Shown here one piece after another: positions 46,720 through 60,877 of a stretch of DNA of 64,000 bases. Source of the stretch: Piromyces finnis finn (taxonomy: Eukaryota > Fungi > Neocallimastigomycota); NCBI GenBank assembly GCA_002104945.1, contig MCFH01000014.1:434001-498000 (forward strand), given 5' to 3'. The notes under the pieces are model-generated. The model had not been told where the DNA came from. It worked only from the letters and a program-made list of their open reading frames with translations, and searched no databases. The position numbers and the translations under genes were made by a program. Numbering within the stretch: the first letter of the stretch is position 1; each line of letters starts with the position of its first letter.

Positions 46720-47416
46720 TCAGTAGTAAATATTAAAATTTACTCAATTGCTCTACCTTTTTTTTTTACATTATTTCTTTTTTTTTATTTATTTATTTTG
46801 TTATTATTAAATAAATTTATTTAATAAAAGTTCTATTAAATGTGAATATCGTTATTTATTTATTATTTTCTTGATGTTTGCTATTATTATTTTACTATTT
46901 CTTTTTTTGTTTTAATTAATTAATTATTTATTTATTTATTTATTTTATTTTATTTTATTTTATTTCAAACTATTATAATTCGAATTATTTTATTTTGAAG
47001 GTTATATTTGAGTTGTGTATGTTATTGCTTAAATCAATATTTCTTAATAAAAAGAGTTTTGTTTTTTTTTTATTTTTTTTTTCTTATATTAACTTATTAA
47101 TAAATAATGTTTAGTACAAGATTAATTATTCTTTTCTAATACTATTATAAAAAAAAAAAAAAAAAAAAGCAAAATTGGATATTTTGGGAAGGTTAATCAT
47201 TATAAAAAGTTTAATTTTTTTTTTTTTTTTTTTTTTTGACAATTGTGTTTAAATACTCTATCTTATAATTTAAAAAAATTATAAGTTAAAATTTATTATT
47301 TTTCTATTGATAATTAAATAATCTTTTCAATATATTTTTGAGAATTTTAATTATATATTATTTAAAAAAGATTATGTAGTTTTTTGTTGAAATACATTTA
47401 TGTTGAAATATTTGGT

Positions 47417-48328
47417 TTACTGTGGTTGTCTGATAACAATAACTGGAACATTACAATGTGATAAACAATAATTACTAACAGATCCTAATATAAGACTATT
47501 TAATATCAATTATATAATAATAATAATAATAAAATTTAAAAATTAATTGACATTGTTTATAATTTTAAAATCGAAAATGTTGTTATCTTTTATATATTTA
47601 CCCTTGCATATAGGTTTTTCCATTAGCTCCTAAAATTAACATATCAGCTTTCTTTTTATTAGCCATTTCACATAATATTTGACCTGGATCACCCCATGCA
47701 TATTCAAATACACAATCAATCTAATATATATATATATATAATATTAATAATTATTATTTATGTAACATTTTTATAATTTTAACATTTATTTATTTTTGTT
47801 TTGTTTTTTAAAAAAAAAAAAAAAAATCTAAACTTACAGTTTTTGGACAAGAACATTTCTTTAATGCAATTCTTACTAAATCTTCCATATTTTCTAAAGC
47901 TCTTTCTTTTGTATTAATTTCTTCTTGTTTTAAAGAAGATTCTTGATTTTCTATATAAGGGTTTCATTTAATTATTTTTAATAAATAATATATTATATTA
48001 ATATTATTAAAATTTGCATTTCCATTTATCTTTATAAACATTTTAATTTTAATTAAAAAAACATACGCCATTTTGTTCCTTGGAAAACATTATTGACTGA
48101 TATTGGACTAATACCAGAAAGTGAAAAATAATCTGATGTGTTACTCCATGAACGTTTACCGACGGCCATCATAATGAGTTTATCTTCATTTCTTAAAATA
48201 TGTTCAAAAGCATATTCTAATGCTTTGGCTGTACATTGTGAAAAATCAACTCCAAATAAAATTCTTCTTTTATTTGGTATAATCTCCATATTTGTACTAT
48301 TATTGTTGTTATTACTGTTAGTTTCCAT
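47417..48328 (-). CDS. Universal stress protein (UspA-like) domain protein, 4 exons
   Basis: RRILFGVDFSQCTAKALEYA..|..|..AWGDPGQILCEMANKKKADMLILGANG..|LILGSVSNYCLSHCNVPVIVIRQPQ*. Confidence 0.9.
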
Positions 48329-48799
48329 GATTACTTTTATTATTGTTATTATGTTTTATTTTGTTTTTCTTTTTGTTTTTCTTTTGTTTTTGTTTTTGTT
48401 TTTTTTTTTTTTTTTTAGAAAAAAAAAAGAGGAATAAATATTACTATGATAAAAAAAATCCAAATTAATTAATAAATTATTATTAAATTATCGATTATTT
48501 TATAGTTTTGTATAATATGAAATTATAAAAGTATAAGTGAATCGAGAATTTAATTAAATATTTTAGATTTATTGTTTATGGGGGTATAATTTTACAAATT
48601 GATATTCAATTAGTATAAAATCTATGTATTTAACTTTTTTTTTAATAATTTGTTTATTTTTATTTTTTATTATTGTTGTTGTTATTTTATATTATTCTTT
48701 TTGATTACTCTTGTTAAATAATTTTATTCCTCCTTTTTCTTTTTGTATATCGATTGATTACTTATCAATGATAATTAACTTTAAAATGTATTTTAATAT

Positions 48800-48837
<38 letters not shown>

Positions 48838-49538
48838 TTATAGAAGCTTTTTTTTTCTCCATTTATATAAAAAAATTAATTAAAAACAATAGAAAATATA
48901 TTAAAATTTATATTAAAAATAAATAGATAAATGATTAAATAATTAAGTAAATTTTGTAATAATTATTAAAAGAATTTCATTAATGAATGATGATGCTTTA
49001 ATCTTTTTTTTAAAAAAAAAAAAAAAAAAAAAAAGATATAGTCGATTAATAAAAGTAACAAAGAATCAAAAATATAAAAAAAGAAATATATAAAAAATAA
49101 AAAGCATATACACATATATATAACAATTATTAAGTAATAATAATATAAAAGGTTTACAATAAAACAAAAATAAAAAAAAAAACCATATAATATATTGAAA
49201 AAAAAGTAAATAGTTTTTATTTCAACAATAATTCTATTAATTTGTTTTAAAACTTTAGAATTTTGAAAATGTGTTATAATAATATTGTATGTTTATAAAA
49301 GAAATTCGGTCTGGTTTTAATACAACATGATAAGAATAATTATTATTCAAAATTTTTAAAATCATTGTTATAAAACTTATTAGTATAATAGTATTAATAA
49401 TATTATATTGTCACTGAAATAATTATAAGACCAAAAGATTAAAATTAAAACTATTGCTTATATCTTTTCTCAACAAGTTACTAATTAATATTATATATAT
49501 GTATATGTATATATTATATTTAGTAATTAAATAATAAA

Positions 49539-50456
49539 ATGTCTGAAGTTATAAGTATGTATATGAAATTTAATATTTCTAATTTTAAAATAAAAAAAAA
49601 AAAATCCAAAAAGAAATATTTATAAAAATAGTAATATAATAATAATAATAATAATAATATCATCATCATCATCTTATTTTTTATTTCATATTAAAAAGAA
49701 AATATAATAGGGTTTATCTTGGTTGCATCATGTTGGGGTTTTACCAATCCTTTTATTAAACTAGGAACAAAAGGTATTGAAGAAATAGAACAAAAATACA
49801 CAGGTTGGAAAAGAACATATAAAAGAACTATTTGGTTATTAACTAGATGGCAGGTAATTTAATAAATAATATTTTTATATATTTATATTTTCATATATAA
49901 TCTTGTAATAAATATAAAATGTCTGATAAAGTTACAAGAATAAACAAATAATAAATAAATAAAATAATATTACATATTATTTATTCTTGAATTGAAAAAA
50001 TATTTTTCATTAAATTCATTACTATTGCAGTATATAGTACCATTAGCAATTAATTTAGGTGGTTCTTTAGTATATTATTATACACTCGGAAATGCAGGTA
50101 TATTTCATTAAAATAATCTTAAAGTTTTTTTTTTTTTTTCAGTTTTTATTGCTATCAAATATATATCTAAAATAATATATTAAAAATAAAAAAAACATAT
50201 TATAAAGATTTATCTTTAGCTGTTCCTATTTCTAATTCATTGACATTTGCTTTTACCACTATTGCTGGTAAATTTGTTGGTGAACCATTTGGTGGTACAA
50301 GTAAGTTTTGAACTTTATAATAAATAATAATATATCAATAAAATAGTAAAACTTTTATTTTATTAATATCATTATTCCCTCATATATAAAGAATCCTTCC
50401 TTGCTTTAGGTTTAGTAATGGCAGGTGTTACGCTTTGTGTATTAAGTAAATTATAA
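49539..50456 (+). CDS. TMEM234-family small membrane protein, 5 exons (first exon tentative)
   Basis: LVASCWGFTNPFIK..RWQ|YIVPLAINLGGSLVYYYTLGNA|DLSLAVPISNSLTFAFT..GE..|..GLVMAGVTLCV; not in the ORF track. Confidence 0.85.
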
Positions 50457-51182
50457 CTTACAAAGCATTAAACCTCTGTTTAAATCAGTTTTGTATCATA
50501 AACAATAGAGTTTAATCTATACAAATATATAGATTCCTTATTAAAAATAATTATGATAAATAATAAAATATTTAAAATAACAAATAAAAAAAAAATTAAA
50601 AATAAACAAGTTTTAAAACAAAAATAAATTTGTTTTTATTTTATTTCATATATTTAAATTTTGCTCATGATTTGTTATTTGTAATAATATAGGATTTTAT
50701 ATCTATTATAACAGTACATCCTGATGTTTTTTTTTATTATAGTTTCATTCATTTTATTATCAGAATGCTTGTTATTTATTTTTAATAAAATTTAAACTAC
50801 ATAGCTATAATAATTCTCTATAAAAAGAAAGCTCAAAAGATACTTTAATGTTTAAAAAAAAATGTTAGAATATTATAATGGCAATGATGAATGAAACAAA
50901 AAAGGAACAACAATATTCACCAAATGTTACTCTTCATTTCCTAAATTTCAAATCTTTTCCATAAATTTATTTATTTTTTAATTTATTCATTGATTTTAAT
51001 TATTAAATAATTTTGAATTAACATTTAATAATAGTTTATCCATTGTAATTATACACCAATAAAAATATAAAGAAATTTGATTTTTTAAAAAAATTAATAA
51101 TATAAAAATATAAATCAATTTTTTTTTCTATTTTCTATTTTAGCTCCTTATTAGCCAGGTTTTTATTATTAATATAAAAAAA

Positions 51183-51564
51183 ATGGGAAAAAATATAACA
51201 CTTTCATTCGGGTACATATAAATATTAAAATAATAAAAAAAATTGGATATTTATAAATAAAATAAATAAGTTGAGTAATTAGTAATATTAACTATCTATT
51301 TTTATATCACAATTAATAAAAGTGGTGGTATGGAAATTTTATTCAATAACACCAAAGAAAGAGAAATTGAACTTCCAGACTCTGTTGTAAATATTAAGGA
51401 TTTAATTGCTTATATGAAGGATGAATTACTTCAAGAAAGACCAGAATTATTTGTTTTAAATGATTCAGTGTAAAGTATTCTTGTATTTTTTATTTATTAA
51501 TATAATCTTTATATATATTTTTTTAGTATAATTATTTATATATATATACCAAAATATTAATATT

Positions 51565-51600
<36 letters not shown>

Positions 51601-51746
51601 AATATAATTACTTATATTTTTTTATTAGTCGTCCAGGAATCATTGTTTTAATTAATAATGCTGATTGGGAAATTGAAGGTGGTTTAGAATATGAACTTGA
51701 AGACGATGATGAAATTACTTTCATTTCAACTTTACATGGTGGTTAA
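51183..51746 (+). CDS. URM1: Ubiquitin-related modifier 1, 3 exons
   Basis: [29 protein letters not shown]|[31 protein letters not shown]; not in the ORF track. Confidence 0.96.
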
Positions 51747-52600
51747 ATCAAATAATTTTAAAAAAAGAAATAATATAGCTGTTCAAAATTCAAATAAGAT
51801 TTATAAATTTCGAAGCATTATTAAAGCAATTTAATGAAATTAATAGATATAAAAAAAATTCTTTATTTAATACTAATATAACCCGAAATAAAAATACTAT
51901 TTTAATATAACATTATTATATATACTTAAATAAAATGATAATAATTTAATAATTTAAATATGTTCATATTTAATTTTATTAATTTGCTTCTTTTATAAAA
52001 TATATGATTGTGTGTGTGTGTGTGTGTGGTGCGTTATTTTCTTTTTATTTTTTAAATAGACATTTTGTTTCTTTTCCTAACTTCATTATTAAATAAAAGT
52101 TTAGTCTTTCATTCTTTTTAGTTTATTATAATATTCTATTCTTAAATTTTGATTTTTTTTAAAGGATTATGATTGGGTAAAATTTTGTATTATTATTTAG
52201 CAAATTCATAAACCTTTTTTTTTTTTAAACAATATTGATAATATAAAAAATTTTATTTCAATAGTTATATATAAATATTAGTAAAGTAATAAATTACTTA
52301 ACTAATACTTTAAAACTATTGAAAATTAATTTCTTGTCTTTACACTGTTGTAGCTGTAATAATAGGATATTTTAAATAGAAATTTTTTATATATTAATAA
52401 AGATAATTTTATTCATTCATTTTATGCTTGCCAAAATTGAATATTGCTTATTTTAAATATAGGTGAATACTAAATATAATAATAATCGTTATATTATCAC
52501 ACAATATTATGCTCATTACTAATTAACGAACAATATTATATAACAGTAACATATATTAAATATTAGTATTATATAATTTTTTATAATAAGAAACATAAAC

Positions 52601-55471
52601 ATGGATAATTCAAAATCATTTACTATTGAGAATATTAGTAAATCTCTAAAATCAACTTCTTTATCCAATGAAGAAAAATTAGAATTTGCAAAGAAAATTT
52701 GGAATACAGATAATAAAATCTTCATTCCAAGAAGAAGAGAAATGATTTTGGAATGGTTGTGTAATGCACTTTTAAAATCTTTACCAAAAAAGTACTTGTT
52801 AAAATATATATATATATATGTCTATTTTATTAATAATTTAAGCTTTTTCATATTTTACATGTTAAATTAATAATTATTATCTTTCTTTCTATTCTTTCTT
52901 ATCTTAACATTAAATGAAATAATTTATAATATTTATATATATATATATATTTGTAATATTAAAAAATAAAAATAAAATAAAATAAAAAAAGAGGAAGTCC
53001 ATTAGGAAAAGAAGCATTTCTTAATATATCATTCTGGGAATTTCTTGAAGTTATATTAAATCATTTTATTGACAAAAGTGAAAATATTCTTTCAATTAGA
53101 ATTCCATTTCCAGCAATTTATTCAAAAATATTCCAATGTGTTAGTGAAATTTCATCTAACAAACAAATAAAAAACAATTATAAAAATCTTTTAGAATCTT
53201 CAAAAAAGTGTTTATTAATACTTATTCATAAATTATCGGACTTTTTCAGAGTTGGTCTTGACCAATACATTATTTTAACAAGTGATATTTCTGCATCTTA
53301 TTTATATTGTTTAAAAAATGATTTTGGTAATAGCATCAACAAAGAATTAGGTTTATACTTTTTAGAAATTTCAGATTCCCTTTATGCTCATCAAATTCAA
53401 TGTCCAAATCAAAGAAAAGTAATAAAAAATGATTTATATGTTATATAATATGAATAAACTTGTTGATTTATTTAAACATAGCTCAACTATATAACTAATA
53501 CCTTTTAAATTATATATATATTATATTTCTTTATTTAATATAGGTATTTAAATATGTATCAACAAAGCATTTACAAAATTTCCTTGAAATTATTCATATA
53601 ATAAAAGATGATGAAAGTAAAGAAGAAGTTATGAAGGATGAACTTTATGAAATAAACGAAAAAATTAAAGTAAATATTGAAAATATTATAAATCACGGTT
53701 TATTTAATTTAGAACATATTGGTGGATATACAATATATTTACAAAAGCAAAATCAGGATAGTCATAATGAAGGTGAAAAGAAAGAAAAAAATCAAAAAAA
53801 GAAAAAATCAGATAATGAAAATTATTCTAAACAACTTTTTGAGCAATTAAATATTATTGGAAATACTTTGAAATATATTGAAATAGGTATAATATCAAAT
53901 AATCATAAAATTTTCTTTTACTTTTTTTTTTTTTTCCTTTTTTTATGTATAATAATAGAGATTAATTTTTTATTATAATATTAAATATTTAATATTTAAT
54001 AATAAGAATCACTTCCAATGTTATACAAGTTTTTCATTAAAGCTCAAAACAAATATAATAACATACAAAAAATTAAAAATTTAAACAAAACAAATACAAC
54101 ATTTTCACCAGAATTTGAATTTTTCAAAGAATTTTATTTATATATTTCAGAAATTATATTAAAGGACAATGAATATGATAAAAATATCGTAGAAGTATCA
54201 TTCAACTCATTACATAAAATGTTAGAATATATCAAAGAGTTTAGTATTTATAGACCAACAAATGATGAAATTTCAAAAAAGCAATTAGAATACCTTAATA
54301 AAACATTTATGGATAGTTATTTCTCACTAGCTGATAATGGTAATTTTAAAGTTATTTCTTTTTTATAAAGTTTTTTGATTATAAAAAAATAGCAATAAAA
54401 AAATTAATACTTTTAAATAAATTAAATTTAAAAAAATAATAATAATAAAATAATAGAATCTATTCAAAAATACATTTTTGATATATGGAAATTATTATTA
54501 TCCATTGATTATTCATTAATTGATGGACATCTCGAAAAAATATTACCATTATTAATCAAGGTACTAAAATAAATATAAAAAAAAAAGTATTAAATCTTTT
54601 CTAAGATATATTTTTAATATTTTATATTTAGCCATATTCAAATTCAAACGAAATTTGTCTTGAGTTTTTAATTGAGTTAGTAAAGTCATATAACAAATCA
54701 AGACAATTAGATAGATACTTTAATCTTAAATTAGATGAAATTATCAAAAGAAATATTAGCAATAGATCAGATATGCCAATATATTCAGCAAAATATATTA
54801 ATCAGTAAGTAAATAAATTATTTAAGAAATTGTTTTGTTAATATCCTTAATAACTAAATATCAATATTAAATTTTGTGTTATATTTCAATTTAAAAATAG
54901 AATGATTTATTCAATTTCACATACATTACCATCAATCATTATTGAAATTATAAACATTTTTACTGAAAAATTAAAGAATAACATAATTAATCCACCAACT
55001 GAATCAAGCATAAAGAAAAGAAAGATTAGTAATAAATCTAACAATAAGACAAATGTTCATCTTGATAATATTTTATATATATTAAATAATATATTAACAA
55101 ATATCCAAGTATCAGTAAACTATAAAAAGAGTTTTGATGTTGCTTTTAATTCATTATATAAAGAATTCATATTACCTACTGTACAAAACTTTGAAAATCT
55201 TGATTTTAATAAAAATGAATCAATAAGTAATGAATGGAAGGTTCATGTTATAAATCCAATATTAAAAACGCACTCTATTTTAATGGAACTTTCAGATGAT
55301 TATAGAGATAATCAAGGAAATCCAATGGTTTCTAATAGTATTGAACAAAGATTGTATTCTTATTCAGATGATTCATTTGAAATGAAATATATTTTGGTAA
55401 TAATTATTTTTTACTAATATTTTTTATACTGACTCTATTATTTAAATGAGAAAATATATAAAAAAAAAAAA

Positions 55472-55504
<33 letters not shown>

Positions 55505-58500
55505 CAATATTTATATATCTTATAATAATAATTTTTAATTTATCAATAATATTTTAGGCTAAAATTTATTTATTCCAAGTTGATATTATAGCAAATAAAT
55601 CTGAAAGTGAAGAATTAAATAAAATATGCAAATCATTAATTGAAAAATGTTTATTATTTATTGACTTTGATAAAATGGATTCATTATTAATTTATAAACC
55701 TGATGAAATTACAAATGATGTTGAATTCCAATCATCTTTCTGGAAACTTATTGCTGATAATATTGTCATTTTATGGTAAATATAAAACATTAAATTATAT
55801 ATTTAAATAAAAAATATTAATATAATTTCAATTATTTATGTTATTTATGTTTATTATTTATTTAATAAAAAAAAAAAAAAAGTCGTTATTTAGAAAATGA
55901 TAAAATTAGTTTAATTTTACATATTATTGTTCAAAGTTTCTTAAACTTTAATCATGATATTAATCCAGAACACAATTCAATTCTTAAAACTAATATTGAG
56001 TTAATTAATAGTACAATATTTTATGAAATTAAGGAAATTAAAGGTAATTTGAATATTATTTTTTTTTAATTAGTAATAATAATAATAATAATAATTAGAT
56101 TAATTGTTTTTTCGTATTCTCGTATTGTTATGATAGATTTATTCCAAATAGTTTATTTTGATGTTCTGAAAAACTTCTTAAATAGCTACATAAAAAATAA
56201 TTCTAAATCAAATAAAAACGGATCTTATAAATTAATATTAGATATTTTATCTAATTGTAAAATTGAAGATGAAAATGAAATTTCTGATATAATCACAAAA
56301 GATAAATCTTCTAATTATAAGCTTATTAACAAAGAGAAATTTGTTGAAAAATTAAATATTTATTTAAGTTGTTTAAATATTTTCCCAATTCAATATTTCG
56401 AAGTTAATGAAAGACAAATTTTCAGCTGGATTGTTTGTTTATTAGAAAGATTTATTTTTATGTTTGAAAATAAAAATATCACAAATCAAGAATATTTAAA
56501 ATTCCATTTGATATGTAGAACTCTTCAAAAAAACTTTATGGATGGTAGTGAAGAAAAATTAGTTACCGCTTCATTTTCAGATTATCTTAAATGGTATATG
56601 GATTCTATAAAATATATTTCATCAACAAATGAACAGAATAATGTTATTATAGAATATATTATAAATGTCACCTTAAACATTGAAAATATTACTTTAAAGT
56701 AAGTTTTGTATTATAATAATATTTTTTTAAAAAATATATAAAAATATTAATTCTTAATGTTTTAAATCATTTCATAGTCATATTTTAAAGAGAATTATCT
56801 CAAATAATGTTTGGAAAGGAAAAGATCAATCTGTTCAACATTATATTGAAAATGTTTATAAATATTTATGGGATGAAACTACTGTCCATCAATTATTTGA
56901 AAAGTTCACTTCTGAATTTAATGCTTTAAATATAATAGATTTAAAATTATTTAATGAGTATTTGACTAATATTATAAATTGGATTAATAGTGATAAAGGG
57001 TAAATATATGTTTATAGTTTTTTTTTTTTTTTTTTTAGCAATAAATTTAAAAATTTTTAAAATTAAATTGATAGTAATATGAAAATACTAAAAAAAATTG
57101 TCATTTATACCCCGTTGTTTTTATAATAGAAAAAAAATAAAAGACAATAAAAAATATGAAGAATTTATAAACTTTTTGAATGAAATTTTTGAAAAAATAG
57201 AAGTTATTCTTTTAAAATTCTTTAAGCAATTAAACACCAACTTTAAGAAAAACAACTCTAAATTGACGATTGAAGAAATGGAAAAGAAGTTCTCTATGTA
57301 TACTATTATGATATCTATCTTTGAAAATGCAGTACACTATGAAAAATTAACTAAACAAGGTAAATTTAATGGATGTTTAATTATTTAGTATATAGCAGAC
57401 ACTGGTATAACTAATATTTAATAATTATACTATAATTTATAAATTTTTTATGTATTTTTAATATAGATGGAAAGAAATTTATAGATATTTTCAATTTATT
57501 TGTTTCCATGTTAAAATATCCAAAACAATTTTTAAATGAAATAAAGGCTGAAAATCTTTGCAAAGAAACCATTGAAATGATCTTATCAATAATTTCTGTA
57601 TTTTGTCAATATTATTCAGAAATTGAACCTGTAATTGAAAATGAAAAAATTGGTGAAATTTTAGACATAATATGGTTAACTATGAAATACTCTAAAGGTT
57701 TATATAATAATATTTACTTAAATATTCACATTCTATTTGTTTATTATGCAAACAATTTAATATGAATTTTAATTTTAATTTTTTTTTTTTTATTTTTATA
57801 TAATACCTTTACTATATTAATAGATAATGAAGAATATATAGCTATTGAAAATAAAGCATTATCTCATTTAATAAGTCAATCTCAAGATAGCCAATTTGAA
57901 TATATTTATAATAAATTCATAAATGAAGTTGAAATAATATCTTTCAATGTCAAAGAAGAGGATGATAGTATTGATCATATAATGGTTATCATTAACTCCT
58001 TAACTATATTATTAAAGAATGTTTCTGGAGGTAAAAAAAAATAAAATAAAATAAATAAATAACCATTTTAATTTTTACTTTTCTAAATTATATATATATA
58101 TATTAATTTTATTAATAATTTATAATAATATTATTATTAATATTTTATTAGATCGTAAAATAAAATTCAAGCAAGCATTACCAATGATTATATCAAACTT
58201 TACAATTTTACTTCAACAAACTTCAAAAATTGAATTAATGATTAATGTATATAATTTATTCACAAAACTGATTAATGATATAACTTATAAATTAAAATCA
58301 TCCGAAATATCTTTAATATTGAATTCTGTTATTGTAATTTCTTCAAATTCTTGCGAACAAAGAATTCTCAAATCTAATTATAATATCATTAAAATTAATG
58401 TTATTGAATCTCTCTTTGATTCAATTTATTATTTATTACTTAGTTTGATTCGTTTCAGACGTGAACAAGTTTTAAATTCTGTTGGTTTATTTGTTGAATT

Positions 58501-59556
58501 AATAAAAGATATCCTTTTTATATAATTTATATTTTATATTCTATATTTATTATAATATTATTATATACTTAATTGTATTGAATCTAAATAATTTAGCATT
58601 TCAATTTATTATCCTTAACTTTTAATATTTTATTTATTATTATTATTATTATTTTATTTTATTTTATTTTATTTTATTTTATTTTATTTTATTTTATTTT
58701 ATTTTATTTTATTTTATTTTATTTTATTTTATTTTATTTTATTTTATTTTATTTTATTTTATTTTATTTTATTTTATTTTATTTTATTTTATTTTATTTT
58801 ATTTTATTTTATTTTATTTTATTTTATTTTATTTTATTTTATTTTATTTTATTTTATTTTATTTTATTTTATTTTATTTTATTTTATTTTATTTTATTTT
58901 ATTTTATTTTATTTTATTTTATTTTATTTTATTTTATTTTATTTTATTTTATTTTATTTTATTTTATTTTATTTTATTTTATTTTATTTTATTTTATTTT
59001 ATTTTATTTTATTTTATTTTATTTTATTTTATGGTAAATACGTCTAATGCATTGTTTTAGAATTTCTCAAGAAGAAGCAAACAATTCAATAAATATAATA
59101 AGCTCTTTACATCAAAAATCAGATATAAAAACTTTCAACGAACCATTATTCCCATTATTATCTAATTATGGTCATTATTTATCTGTTCATCATGCAACAA
59201 ACTTTTCTCGTTTATTGTCAGCTATATCACAAAAACCATCAACAAATCAAGTTCATGGATCCAATGCTAATTCACTTACATCATTATCTAGCTCAGCTGC
59301 TAATACTAAACCATTTATCAAACATATTGTTCATATATTAGGTGAATATGTTAATATTCAAACTTCAAATCGTCCATTAGATCCAATTAAAAAGAATGAA
59401 ATTATTACTGGTCTTAATGCACTTCTTGATCTTTGTGACGAACATGATAGAGAATATGTTTTAGTTAATTTAAGTCATGCCAACGGAGGAAAAATTATCT
59501 TTAAGAAATTGGTTGAAGAATGGAAGAAAAATTGGAAGTTTGGTGGAAAAGTTTAA
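52601..59556 (+). CDS. URB2: Nucleolar ribosome-biogenesis protein Urb2/Npa2, 16 exons (14 GT-AG introns + 1 AT-AC intron)
   Basis: N-terminal FIPRRREMILEWL. C-terminal Urb2 domain LLSLIRFRR..KGLMHCF..NFSRLL..FIKHIVHILGEY..GLNALLDLCDEHDREYVLVNL..FKKLVEEWKKNWKFGGKV. All exons were joined in frame by hand. Confidence 0.88.
58509..59041 (+). other. U12-type (minor spliceosome) AT-AC intron
   Basis: 5' site G|ATATCCTTTT, branch-site consensus TCCTTAAC at 58612-58619, 3' site AAATAC|G. Removal restores ELIK-G-LMHCFR in frame. Confidence 0.85.
58651..59030. repeat. (ATTTT)76 perfect pentanucleotide array inside the U12 intron
   Basis: 380 bp of uninterrupted ATTTT counted from the sequence lines. 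Confidence 0.97.
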
Positions 59557-60877
59557 ATTCCTACATCAAACTTTTGTTATTATTACTTATTTATTTCAAT
59601 TTTATTAGTAGCAATAGTATTATTAAATATTTCTATCATAAATTGTTTGTTTTTATTTTTTAAGGATTTTCAACTTTAAATTTTATTTAGAAGATATAAC
59701 TTTTTTTTTTTTTAATTTTCAAGTTTAAATATATTTATTACTAAAAAATGATTTATATAATTAAATAAATAAAATTAATAAAGAATTAATTATAAAATAT
59801 AATGATAAATTTTGAGAAATAGATTTGTGAATTTTTTAAATGTATTAATTCAGTTTTATTAAAAGGTGATTATAAATATCTTTTTCTCCTTTCTTTCCTT
59901 TTTGATATAAAATGTATGTCTATATTTGTAATAAATATTAATCTACAACAAACGATAATTTAATATTCATAATCTTTTTGTTTTTATCACTTTTGAAAGA
60001 ATAAAAATTTTTAAATTTTTAATTCGTATAACATTTTTATTTTAAAAAATTAAAACCGTTTTTTTTTTTTTTTATTATTTATATAAAAGTATTCGAAATA
60101 AAAAAAGTATGAGTATACTAAAGAAATAGAAAAGAAAGAAAATTTAATATTCAGTAAAACAACCATGAAATTATCATATTATTTGGTAAATTTATTTCAA
60201 CATTTGAAGATATTTATTAAAAGTTAACAATAAAAATTAAGGGTTAGTTATTCCTATTTCCCTAACCTTTTTATCTTAATTATTATAGTTTGATAGGATT
60301 TTTAATTAATACTTATCAGTAGTTTGTAGTATCATATATCATTATCAAAAAAGAAAAAAGAATTTCGAAATTTGAAATTTGCTTTTTTTTTTTTTTTTTT
60401 TAAAGTTTTTTAATTTATATTATTATACTCCAAATGAATCATAATATATTTATTTCTAAGGCAAGAAATAAAATTATAAGAAATATCATATAAAATTAAT
60501 ACACTAACAAAATTAAAAGTTTCATAATATTGAATAAAATATAATATTTCCCCCCTTAATTTCATAAAACCACAAAAGTGAAAAATATATTATACCATTA
60601 CATTTCAATTATCTAATGAATAAATTATTAAAATAATAATTCTATATTAATACTATTTTGTATGGAATAAATTATAATAGAAATAACAAAGAATTAATAT
60701 TAGCATAAAGGAAATTTAAATACTATCAAAAAAAAAAAAAAAATTTGAATTAAAATAAATTTGCTTTTAGTAATAAAGAAGCAAATAGGTTACAATATAT
60801 CATAAAAATAAAAAATACCTTGGAAATAAAAGCCATTTCAATTATATAATAAATAAATAAGGATAAAAAAAAAAAAA

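Noticed and set aside
46436-46824. IYLF-repeat ORFs
   Set aside because: Translation of the (TTTA)n array.
59034-59060. GTAAAT..CTAAT..TTTTAG mini GT-AG intron at the URB2 exon 16 border
   Set aside because: Only 27 nt, has no upstream exon to join, and would delete the LMHCF segment that fits the Urb2 domain.
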